A stretch of 64,000 nt of DNA, from NCBI RefSeq assembly GCF_000143415.4, contig NW_003314280.1, forward strand, positions 1,488,894 through 1,552,893, given 5' to 3'. Position numbers and translations under genes: made by a program. The notes beneath the pieces were generated by a model, which saw only the letters and a program-made list of their open reading frames with translations, did no database searches and was not told where the DNA came from. Source of the DNA: Selaginella moellendorffii (taxonomy: Eukaryota > Plantae > Lycopodiophyta). Positions 14,001 to 24,508 of the stretch are shown here, one piece after another. The first letter of the stretch is position 1. Each line of letters starts with the position of its first letter.

Positions 14001-16023
14001 GAGTCCTTGACACGGTTGGTTCACTCACTCACATGCATACGCAGCAATGGCACACTGCTGTAATAATCCACTGTCATCCCTACTTTGGAATTGGAATGCT
14101 TCCCATCCCACTGTCCCATGCAAAGGAGCTTTCTCCCAACCATCTGGATGCTGAGGATGATGGATGCCTGGCCCCTTGACCTGACTCACCTGACTGACTC
14201 ACTTGGGCTACAAGAGACGCATTGACACACTTGATCACTTATGGCACTGTAACCTCATAGCATTGCTGCTGGTTTGAGAGGAGAGGAGCCAAAGGGGCAC
14301 AATTGAGGACAACAAAAACCCTAACCTGTAAGTGGATTTGAACTCAAAGTTCTTTTGGGATTTGGAGGTGACATCCAAACTCAATCCATGTGGTATGAAA
14401 TACTATAAAAAATATTTAAATAATGCAATGCTAAAAATATTCTCAAGGATTCTCTTAAAAAGGAATTTATATAAATATATTCCATGTTTTTGTGAGTTCT
14501 TACATTTCATCATGTACCTGTCTGTATTCCCGTGTTCTCAGGGCATTTCATCACCTGCCAATCGCTAATTACAGACATTATATAGATCAAAATCAAGAAT
14601 TGAAAATTATTTCATGATAAAATTTTATTTTGAATTTTATTTTTCCCCAAGCCTACAAGCACAAATCACTTGCCATGTGTAGCTTTATTATATATTTACT
14701 AATTTTTTTTGCACTTTTTTTATCCCCATAATCTTAAAAGTGTGCCAATTACATTTTGATTGCTATAAAAGTCTTGCCACGTCCGCATTACCACATTATA
14801 TGTTTGCAGGAAGGGATTGGGGGGCTGAGCATGAGCCTTTCAATTATCAAGTTCACACCAGTGCAAGACTCGGCCCTAAACTACCAGGGTCTTCTCCAAT
14901 TCCGTGGCAATCTTCTCCAATTCCGTGGCAGTCTTCTCCAAATCGCTAGCGCTTGGCACTTGACTTCCCATCCCAGAATGAGACTGCTCTCTTCGGGCCA
15001 TGCAGCCAGCAATGTGTTTTGTGGCTACCAATAAGCGGCCATGAAGAATTGTAGCAAGTTCCTGATCTTTGTATCTTGTTCTGGTTTACCAGATAGACAC
15101 TCCTGTGCTTTACAAAGGCCATCAGAATCGAGTTCCAGTCTCCAGCACAGGATGTCCTTGTGTGTGATATTTTATCAAAAATGAGCTTAACCTCTCATCA
15201 TCATTGTGTAGAGCAGAGAGTCTCGCTGCTCGCAACAAGCCTTGGAATATGTTTTGATGGTGGCTTTAGAATCCTTGATACAAACCCTTTGAATCCTAAT
15301 ATCAAGATCAAAGAAAACAACAAGTAAAAAACTTGAAACCTGGTTGTGTCTGGTTTGCATTATCCTGTGAGTTGTCAAGAAAGCTCAGATACTTCCCAAG
15401 GAGGTTCCCCTTCACCTCGTCAATCTGCTTAGACACTTCATGCTTGACTTGCTACTTTTGCAGAAAGTTGTTAAATCCCATCGCTTAGGGGGTAAGAATA
15501 AATCCAATCGCCCTTGTCCTTTTCACTAGCACATAGAGTTGGGATACTGATCAAGAGCAAAAAACGAGTTGGCTTGGGATTTTGATCAAGCACGAGAAAC
15601 ATGGCGATCTTGCTTCAGGAATCGATTGGTTAACTTCGCTTCATTTTCAGATTCTGGACGTTTAGGAATGATCCATGGTTTAGAATTCACTGGGATGCCC
15701 TGATCTATACAGAGCTGGCTTGTGGACTTCTTGAAAGCTCTTGTGCTGAAGGGCTCTCCAGTTCTTGGGTGATATCGACAGTCTTAGAATTGTGTGCCAT
15801 CAACGTGCTGAAATTGTGGCATTTTATAGAGCAAGGTCTTTATGCTTAAACCAAACCCTAAATGTGGCAAATAATGAAATATATATGTTATTTGTAAATT
15901 AGGAGGTGTACCTCCCCTCGAATTGACAATCATAAATTAATTGTATACAACGCTGATTCGCAAGAAAAATCAAGTATCTTTACATTGCTCTAGTCTATGG
16001 CTCCAATCGAATAGTTTCTTTCT

Positions 16024-16554
16024 TCATCTTCCAGTGCTGGATGGAAACAGAGGTCTTTGTGGAGTGGGCATGAAGGAGCGGCCGCCACTGCTGCTGCCCT
16101 CCTCTGAATAGCCGTCAGCGCCACCGGCCTCGAGATCCACCCCCGCCCCGCCTAGCTCCGTCGCTCTCCTTCTCGCCAGCGACGCCTCCTGCCGCTGCTC
16201 GATGTACTTGCGCGTCCGGCACACATAGACCGCAAGAACCACTAAGGCAATCGCGAAGAACAGTCCCACCACGATCCCAGCGATCGCCTCGTGCGAGAGC
16301 GTGATCGTTTCCTTGCTGGATTTGGATTGCTCCAGTAGCCACCGTCGTCCAATCGACCCAATCGCTGGCTGGATCATCCGCTGGATCGATCCAGGAGCTT
16401 CATACCCGTATTGGGTGACCTCATAGGATGAATCTACACCGCTGCTACAACCGCCGCCTGGGATCCAGATCGCAAGCAGCAGGAATAGAGAAAGAAGAAG
16501 AAGAAGCAAGCCGCTCCTCTGGGTTGGCACTACCTCTCCGCCAAATAGCAACAT
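16024..16554 (-). CDS. Orphan type I single-pass membrane protein, copy 1 (176 aa)
   Basis: ATG start, Leu-rich signal peptide, TM segment AIAGIVVGLFFAIALVVLAVYVC followed by RTRK; TATATAAAT about 95 bp upstream; ORF intact in all three copies. Confidence 0.8.
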   Translation of the reverse strand: MLLFGGEVVPTQRSGLLLLLLSLFLLLAIWIPGGGCSSGVDSSYEVTQYGYEAPGSIQRMIQPAIGSIGRRWLLEQSKSSKETITLSHEAIAGIVVGLFFAIALVVLAVYVCRTRKYIEQRQEASLARRRATELGGAGVDLEAGGADGYSEEGSSSGGRSFMPTPQRPLFPSSTGR

Positions 16555-16879
16555 TTTCGTGATCCTGCGTGTATAGGGATGTGTTCGCTGCCAAGATATC
16601 TATTTCTCGAGCTCTCAAGTATAATGGAAGTTTGGGCGATTTTATCATTTATATAGACTCTGTTGACCTACAATACATACGCGGATAACGCGACTAGTTC
16701 AAAGTCTTCTTGTGAATAGCGCGTCATACGTGGACTTTCGTGGCCTTTGACGCTTGTGCTTCGCCTAGACCTTGAAGTTGACAGAACTTTTCTTATGTGA
16801 ATTTCTTCTTCCTAAACCCTAAATAATCAAAGTGATTTCATGGCAAGATCGCTTGTGATCTGCAAAGAAAGAAGGAATC

Positions 16880-17770
16880 TTTATAGATCAGTCTTCCTTG
16901 CCTCAAAAATCCACATTGCTTGCCGTGAGCTGAGATGCATTTCGACCAGCAGCTTAAAAGTTTTTAAGCCTAGAAGTTGGCGGGCGCAATTTTCATTATA
17001 GGTTGGAGGGCAAAGCGTGGAGGTGGATGATGACACAGACGAGCAGGATATAATCTCCAGCATTCTCCACCGTGCCAAGTACAAGGCTCCCAGCTGCCTC
17101 AAGGAACTCACTGTTGTGCTTGAGTATAGCAAGGATGGTGATGACCAGATGGAAGTTAGCAGTCACTGCTGTTGGCTCCCTCACAAAGCTCTCCCTCGAA
17201 GCTCTCCATGGGACCAATGGGGAGCAGCGTACTCCACCGCGATTCAAGAGCTCCACATCACTGGGAAACCATGTTGGGGGGTGTGGGATCTTGTTGGTGA
17301 CACCTCCGGGCACAAATGATTTATTTGTGGGCACAAATGATTGTAACACAAATCAATCAGTAAGATTTAACAAAGAAAAAAAACCAAAGAAGAATAGTCA
17401 AGATCCACATGAAGAAATAGTTGTATTGTCTCCAGATTAACAAAGAAAAGAGACTGTCCATGGTCATCTTGTGTTCACTGTCAATTCATTGGAGCGCAAG
17501 CCTCAAAACATAGGTGAGACTGGGAGAGATTGGCGATGGCATCCACCTTCCAGTGTCCATATAACGCCAACTTACGAAGGTTGTCAAATCGCGTGTCCAC
17601 AACGCAAGAGTTACACTGTTCAATACCTCTAGGTTCGGGCACGAAGCTAGCAGCATCTGGAGCAGGACGTAACATCTTTTTACACGAATCATCTTGAAAA
17701 GAGATCTAAGGCAAGAAAGAATCATGGCTGTCCACTCTTGATAGGAAAGATCAACGCAAAACACTCAAAT
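16880..17770 (-). pseudogene. Degenerate F-box/LRR-like gene remnant (module X2); copies at about 32850-33750 and 39360-40250
   Basis: LLQMLLASCPNLEVLN followed after a frameshift by NSCVVDTRFDNLRKLALYGHWK; multiple lesions. Confidence 0.45.
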
Positions 17771-17779
17771 GAAACGCAG

Positions 17780-17960
17780 ACCACTACAACCCTGTCTTGG
17801 ATTCGATCGAAAACCCATTGAGCCTCCATTGCCACATTTCCCATACATGTTGATCAAGCTACTGGCCACACGAGGATTGGATTGGAGCCATATCCTGTGT
17901 GGATGTGGATCCTCCTCCCTCTCTCCAAATCCCTGGCGCCGGTGCAGGATTTCATGCTGT
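17780..17960 (-). pseudogene. PLS-class PPR fragment (copies at about 33770-33950 and 40270-40450)
   Basis: DLERGRRIH ... VASSLINMYGKCG ... AQWVFDRIQDR across frameshifts. Confidence 0.75.
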
Positions 17961-18181
17961 CCTTGACTCTAACCATAAACTTTTCTCTCTATTTCAAAGA
18001 GGTGGGAGCGAGAGGACTCCAGTCTCCTCTCTATGTGGCGGTAGCTCCAGTGGAACCTGTGCAGAAAACTCACAAGGACGAGCATCAACATCGTGACTCG
18101 CAAAACCACAAGAGGTACCAATTCATCTTTCGTGAAACTTAGTAGTCATGCAGTTGATTTTCAATAAGAACTTGACAAAGA

Positions 18182-18863
18182 TCAGGCATTGCTACTTCTC
18201 ACGCGTGAAAAAATGCGACCAGGAAAAAAGAAGAGCAAGTCGAACAGCACCCGGTAGCATTCGTAGCTTGGCTTCAGTGCCAGGAGTTCCCAGTCCGCCA
18301 CAACTTGGCGGCAGTGGATCACGATGTCTTCCACTTGATGTACTCCAAGTAAATCCTTGAGAACCATCACGGTGGGCGGTGTGGGATCTTGCACGTGAAG
18401 ATGAACAGCCACATCCTTACGCTTGGTGACACCTCCAAGCTCCCTCAGTTAACAGCGAACATAAGATGACCATGGACAGTCTCTTCTCTTTGTTTGGCTT
18501 TGGAGACAATACATACTGACTGCTGTTCTCTTCAGGTTCGTTTTGTTTTTTTTGTCTTGTGTTTCTTGCTAATTGATCTATGTTGCAGTCATTTGTGCCT
18601 GGAGGTGTCACCAAGTGCAAGGATGTGACTGTTCATCTTCACGTGCAAGATCCCACACCGCCCACCGTGATGGTTCTCAAGGATTTACTTGGAGTTCATC
18701 AAGTAAAAGAGATTGTGGCTCACTGCAGCGAAGTTGTGGCGAACTGGGAACTTCTCTCACTGAAGCCACGCTACAAATGCTTCCAGAGTGCTGTTCGACT
18801 TTGGTCGCATTTCTTTTGCACGTGAGAACTGCATCACTGGCTTTATTAGTTAGCAATGCCTGA
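18182..18863. repeat. Fold-back inverted repeat of module X (arms 18182-18437 and 18600-18863)
   Basis: The arms encode the same peptide on opposite strands (VHLHVQDPTPPTVMVLKDLLGVHQV) and share about 65 bp of uninterrupted complementarity. Confidence 0.9.
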
Positions 18864-18960
18864 GCTTGGCAACGTATCACTTTTTGTAGTTTCTAAATCA
18901 AAGAAAACGTTGGCGAGCTTTTACCAAGTACTTCCAAGATTGTAATAGCTTCTAAAGAGG

Positions 18961-20564
18961 TGTGGATACTCTTCTTCGCTGGATATTTACTGCTAGTGAG
19001 AAAACAAAAGGGGAAAGGGCCTGATCTCTAGGGGTTGAGAGGGAAAGATGAGTGAATGAGTGTTATGTATTAATATGAAAACAATGAATGGAGATAAGGA
19101 TCCACAACTCGGATTCCCCCCTTTAAAAGGCTGGCAGCATATGATAATGAATGGTATATGCTGTGCATGATCAAATCTAATGCAGCCTTGGGTTCAGGGT
19201 TAGAGTCCCCTGAGCCTGGGGTTTTGGTTAATACCCTTCATTGAGTTGTGAGCTTGCCTTTGCTGCACTATGAGCTTCACGACCAAGCAAACCACCTACG
19301 AACCTCCTCACCTCTAGCTTTGGTTTGTTGGGAAGTGGTTCACTTGGTTGTGGAGCTCGCAGTGCATGCATTGATCGAGGGCTTCAAACAATTTGCGGGT
19401 GCAATAGCTCAGATCACAGAGTTTATCCTTGTACTCCTTCCTGATCTCATTGTAATCACAGTGTACCTGACTCTATGGCTGAGGCATGGCTACTACTCCG
19501 TGATCCTGGTATTCCTTGCTAGGGTTCACTGTGTTCTTGGTCCTGTGATTTGAAGTTAATCTGTTCCGTTGGATGTGGGTGGCGTGGTTGGTCCAGATTC
19601 TTTGAGGTGGTGCATTTTGGATTGATGCTGGATGAACGGCCCAGATGTGGCACTGAAATTAATGTATCCGTTGGGGTTGAACGGCGCAAATCTTCCGCTT
19701 GAAATTTTGTTGAAGGGGTGCTGATGCTGCTCATGGCATTTGTTGGAGGAGGCATGGTTGCATGTTCTGCGAGTGATCAGCAAAGGTAGTCGATGTTTTC
19801 TTTCGTGGAGCATATTGAGGGGGTCAGGGCGGTAAAAATAACGTTCTCAGCTGGCCAGCTGACGTTTTCCTTTGGAGATGTTGAATTGTTGGTGAGAAGT
19901 TGTCAGTTTTGGGGCTGATTCAAGTGGATCTAATGCTAAAAAGCTATTTTATGCTTTGGTTTTTTTACTTCTTTGGTTCTTTTACTTCTTCAAAGTTTAA
20001 TTTCATCCCTTTATTGAGTGTGGAAGCTGGTGTGAGTTGTCTTCATTGTCACTGATGATGAGGTGCTCTCAGAGCAGCGGCTTTTGAGCTGGATTCGCTG
20101 GTGTGTTGTGTGTGAGGTGGTGGCAAAGTGGAGTTGAATTGTTGAAGTGTTTATTGCTGGAGCTGGTGTTGCTGGAGTGAGTTGAGCCTGATTGTTAAGA
20201 TGTTGGCTTCGGTTTCTTGCTGGGAGTTGCTCCTTCTGATCCTGACTGATCCTCGGAGCTGTCGCTTTGTTCTTCAGAGTTCATTTGGGTTGTCCACGGT
20301 TGCTTGTTGGGAAGAGCTTGGTGTAGAGCTACCAGCAGTGGGAACATTACTGTCTGCATGGTTTTCTTGTTGAGTGTGGTGAGGATGGCACGGTCGAGAA
20401 GCTTGAGAAGGAGCTCGTGGAGATGATGAGCCACGTTCACACATTTGCCGTCGAATAGAGCTCTGTAGACCTCTGCTGTGCGCTTGCTGATGGTGCGATC
20501 CGTTGGGCAAAGTTCGTAGTAGAGGAGGAGGGCTCACCAACAACTCAACATCTCCAAAGGAAAA
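18961..20564 (-). mobile_element. Truncated LTR retrotransposon 3' end: 146-bp LTR (18961-19106) plus degenerate internal region
   Basis: LTR bounded by TGTGGAT...ATCCACA; purine tract AAAGGGGGGAA just upstream on the minus strand (about 19113-19124); segment absent at the paralogous site near 41397. Confidence 0.65.
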
Positions 20565-20757
20565 GAGTTGTGATTTGTTTGTAAGGGCATTCTTATACAC
20601 AAACTTCACTGGATTCTTCGTCTGTACAAGTTTTTCCTGCCAAAGAAACTTCTTCCACCCTTGCAGCGCACAGCGATAGAGCAGCCGCGGCTGGAGAAGA
20701 AGCCTCAAATTCTTTGATCAAGGCCTTGACGTCGTCTAGCTTTCCCGACCGGCAAAC

Positions 20758-22719
20758 TCAGTCGAGGATGGAGCTGCAAGTGGTGGCGTCCGGCAGCATC
20801 CCCTTGGCCAGCACCACTCGCAGCAGCTCCATCGTCCCGGCCAAGTTCCCAGATCTGTGGAGACCACCGAAGCAAGCCGCGAAGGTGAACGAATCCGGCT
20901 GGTGGCCCTTGCCGACCATCTCCTCAAGAACAGTGATCGCCTGCTCGGTCTTCCCCGACTTCCACAGCCCGTCCACGAGGATGTTGTAAGTCACGGTGTC
21001 GGGATCCCAGCCAAAGCTCTTAAGCTTGCTCACGAGCTGGAGAGCGTCGTCGGTTCTCGAGGCCCGGCAGAGCGCGTAGACGAGCGAGCCGTAAGTCATG
21101 GATTCGGGCACGCAGCCGGAGCTCACCATCTCCTCCAGGAACTCGCAGGGCTCCTCGATCCGGCCCGACTTGCACAGGCCGTGGACAAGCACGTTGTAAG
21201 TCACCACGTTTGGAGGAACTCCGAGATTCCCCATGAGATCGAGGATGTCCCGCGCGGCCTCCACCTGTCCCGCCTTGCACAGCCCGTCGATGAGCGCGCC
21301 GAAAGTCATCACGTCCGGCTGCATGTTCTTGGCCACCATCTCCTCGAAGAGCGCGGACGCCTGCTCGAAGTTGCCGGCCTTGCAAGCCCCCGCGATGAGA
21401 ATGTTGAAGGTGACTTTGTCAGGCACGAGCATCCGGTTGTAGACCTGGAGCGCTCTCGACACGTCCCCGAGCTTGGAAAGTCCGTTGATACAGCAGTTGA
21501 AAGCGTACGTGTCCGGGTCGGGCATGGCGTCGAGCAGCGCCTCGGCCTGACCCGCCCGCCCCGTCCGGAAGAGGCCATCGATCAAGGTGCAGTACGTGAT
21601 CTTGTCCGGGGCCAGGCCGTGCTTGAGCGTCATGTCGTCGAACATCTGGAAGGCCTCGCCCGATCGGTCCGACTTGCAGAGTCCGTCGATGATCGAGTTG
21701 AAAGTCACCACGTTTGGCGTGCATCCCCGCGACGCCATGCCGTGGAGGAGCTCCAGAGCCTCGTCGACGCGGGAGGCCTTGCAAAAGGCGTCGACGAGTA
21801 CGCTATAGGTGATCACGTCCGGGGTGACGCCCTTGTCCACCATGCTCTCGATCATGGCGTGGGCTCTCTCCATCTTGTCGGCCTTGCACAGCCCGTTCAC
21901 GAGCGCGTTGTAAGTCACCACGTTTGGGACGTAGCCACCTGCGATCATGTCGTCGTTGCAAGCCTCGTCGGTCTGGCCACACTTGCACAGCCCGTCGATC
22001 AGCGTGCTGAAAGTCACGGTGTCTGGAGAGACTCTCAAGCTCCCATCTCGCAAGCTCCTCATCAGCTCGCACGCCTCGGCCGTCATGGACTGCTTGCAAA
22101 GCCCGTCGAGGAACGAGTTGTAAGTGATGATGTTTGGAAGAACGTCGCAGCTCTTCCGCGTCATCTCCTGGATGAGCTCTCGCGCCTCGTCGATCCGGCC
22201 GACCTTGCACAGCCCGTTGATGAGCACGCTGTAGGTGACGACGTTTGGGACGCAACCTCGAGAGCTCATGCCGCCATGGAGCCGCCGTGCCTCCTCCAGA
22301 TCCCCGGCTTTGCACAAGCTGTCGATCAGCGTGTTGTAAGTCACCACGTCGGGGTGGTGGCCTCTCTTCACGAGCTCCTCGAAGAGCTCCATCCCTGCGC
22401 CAAGCTCGTTGCTCTTGCACAGCCCATTGATGATCGTGTTGTAAGTCACGATGGTGGGAGCTACGCCGTCGCGAGCCATCTCCCCGCGGAAGATCTCCAG
22501 CGCGCGGGCGGTCTCGCCGGCGCGGCACAGCGACTGGAGCACGATGTTGTAGTCCGCCACCGAGCGCGAGGAGCTCCGGACAAAAAAAAATTTCAGGGGA
22601 CACAAATTTACTCTTTGAGTGTTGATGGTGGCGGTGGTGATTGGTACCAGTAGATTCGCGGCAGCAGTATGGTGGTGGGGATTTATACACATATGGTGGT
22701 GGTGGTGGTGGCGACTCAT
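20758..22719 (-). CDS. Chimeric ORF: extensin-derived His-rich leader fused to 5'-truncated P-class PPR duplicate (may be a pseudogene)
   Basis: Open frame from ATG 22719 (MSRHHHHHHM...) through the junction into PPR repeats near-identical to 41428-43433; TGG>TGA at 20758 trims the C-terminus. Confidence 0.6.
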   Translation of the reverse strand: MSRHHHHHHMCINPHHHTAAANLLVPITTATINTQRVNLCPLKFFFVRSSSRSVADYNIVLQSLCRAGETARALEIFRGEMARDGVAPTIVTYNTIINGLCKSNELGAGMELFEELVKRGHHPDVVTYNTLIDSLCKAGDLEEARRLHGGMSSRGCVPNVVTYSVLINGLCKVGRIDEARELIQEMTRKSCDVLPNIITYNSFLDGLCKQSMTAEACELMRSLRDGSLRVSPDTVTFSTLIDGLCKCGQTDEACNDDMIAGGYVPNVVTYNALVNGLCKADKMERAHAMIESMVDKGVTPDVITYSVLVDAFCKASRVDEALELLHGMASRGCTPNVVTFNSIIDGLCKSDRSGEAFQMFDDMTLKHGLAPDKITYCTLIDGLFRTGRAGQAEALLDAMPDPDTYAFNCCINGLSKLGDVSRALQVYNRMLVPDKVTFNILIAGACKAGNFEQASALFEEMVAKNMQPDVMTFGALIDGLCKAGQVEAARDILDLMGNLGVPPNVVTYNVLVHGLCKSGRIEEPCEFLEEMVSSGCVPESMTYGSLVYALCRASRTDDALQLVSKLKSFGWDPDTVTYNILVDGLWKSGKTEQAITVLEEMVGKGHQPDSFTFAACFGGLHRSGNLAGTMELLRVVLAKGMLPDATTCSSILD

Positions 22720-23388
22720 ATTTATACGGTGGCGATGGAGGTGGGGACTGCAGTGGTGGTGGAGATGTGTACTTGTATGGAGCTGGCGATGGTGTACATT
22801 TCTCACATTTTGGTGGTGGTGGTGGTGGAGATTTGTACTCGCACGGAGGTGGCAATGGTGGAGACTTCTCGCATTTTGGTGGTGGTGGCGGTGGGGATTT
22901 CTCACATTTTGGCGGTGGTGGTGGCGGGAACTTCGGTGGTGGTGGTAGTGGTGGCAGCGGAGACTTGGGTGGCTGGGGAGGTGGAGATTTTTCACACTTT
23001 AGTGGAGGTGGTGGAGACTTGTAACGGTAAGGAGGTGGTGGCGATTCAACTGGCGGTGATGGAGATTTGTGATGGTGTGGTGGCGACTCAACCGGCGGTG
23101 GTGGTGATTCAACCGGTGGTGGTGGCGATTCCATCTGTGGTGGTGGGGATTTGTAACAGTAAGGAGGTGCATTAGGAGGGCACAAACGATTTGGAAACCA
23201 CCAGGGTCTTCTCAGCCATGGCCTCCAACAGAAGAAATGATCGTGCTCTTGGGAATTCTAAAGCCAAAGTTCTTGGCATCTCCAAAAGCCCCTGCATTTC
23301 GATCCAAAACCTCCTGAGATCCATCACAACTGACAGTAGAAACCAGGAGAAGCAGCAAAAGCATGCTGCGTGACTTGAGGAAAATCAT
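22581..23388 (-). pseudogene. Extensin copy 2, 1-bp deletion near 23238, 3' end replaced by PPR junction
   Basis: ATG at 23388 is 203 bp from the LCPPN codon versus 204 bp in copy 1; translation stops after STIISSVGGHG*. Confidence 0.8.
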
Positions 23389-24508
23389 CACGTTCTCGAT
23401 AGAGAACCAAGATCACTGGAAAGAGAGACCTTTTCTGTGATGCTACAAAAATTTCCAGGTTACCGTGTCCTATCCGCTTTCAAAATAGTAATGCTTTAGA
23501 AATTGATGGCTCTGTTTAATGTTTAGCAAAAGATTTGCAACGCGCGCCCGTCTCTCGCCTCCACTCTGACTTCGAGGTGCAGAGGAGCTGAAGGAGCGGC
23601 AGACCTGGACAACATTTTCGAGTGAGCATCCGGCTGCGTTCCGAGGATTTGAGCACAGCTTACTTTTACAACTCTTGTGTTGTTGACAAGCGATGAGACA
23701 ATCTTCGTAAGATGGCGCTAATTGGACACTGGAAGAGGGATGCCATTGCCAAGCTCTCTCAGTTCTCACCTCTGGTCCCGATGCTCGCCCTCCACCGTTT
23801 TAACAGCGAACACAAGATGACCTCTTATCTAATTTGTTTGGCAACCTGGAGACTCTCTTCGGTTTTTTCCTTTTCTTTCTTGCTGATCGATCTGTGTTGC
23901 AGTCATTCGTGCCTGGAGGTGTCACCAAGCGCAAGGATGTGACTGTTCATCTCTACGTGTAAGATCCCACACCGCCCAACCTGATGGTTCTCAAGGATTT
24001 ACTTGGAGTTCATCAAGTCGAAGAGATCGTGATTCACTGCAGCCAAGCTGTGGCGAACTGGGGACTGCTGGCGCTGAAGCCAGGCTACGAATGCTTCCAG
24101 GTGCTGTTCGACTTGCTCTTTGGTCGCATTTCTTTCGCACGAGAGAAACAGCATCATTGACTGTATTAGTGGCGATGCGTGATCTTTGTCAAGTTTTTAT
24201 TGAACATCAACGTCATGACTAGCCTGGTATATTTGTAACACCTCGAGCCGCCGTTGACGCTGTAGGTGACGACGCGCTCATGTCGCCATGAAGAGCCGGG
24301 CCTGCTCGAGATCCCCCGCTTTGCACAAGCTATCGATCAGAGCTGGTTGTAAGTCGCCACGTCGGGGGATGGAGCGATCCCAATGTGAGCTACGCGGATT
24401 GGGCGCTCGCTTCCACGTCAGGGATTCTTCTCTTCCATCGCTCTTCCTCTCCTCCTCGCCATTCGTCCTCCTTGCGGCGCTCTGCGGCCTGCTTGTCGAA
24501 GTCTTTCC

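Larger units (their letters stand above)
10084..22580. repeat. Segmental duplication copy A (extensin 3' end to mid-PPR), paralogous to 22579-43433
   Basis: Collinear high identity. The junction at 22579-22580 joins PPR sequence equivalent to 43433 to extensin 3' sequence equivalent to 10084, with a GA microhomology. Confidence 0.9.

Noticed and set aside
12731-14945. Short tandem repeats (33 bp near 12731-12806, 21 bp near 14890-14941) as array-like elements
   Set aside because: Only 2-3 units without spacers and reduced in paralogous copies; simple slippage. No CRISPR-like array exists in the window.
18954-20567. AAAGAG direct repeat as TSD of a 1.6-kb insertion
   Set aside because: The paralogous empty site near 41397 lacks AAAGAG, and the repeat does not abut a second LTR.
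23212-23388. Direct translational fusion of the extensin signal peptide to the PPR
   Set aside because: Although in frame, a TGA near 23212 and a TAA near 23000 interrupt it.
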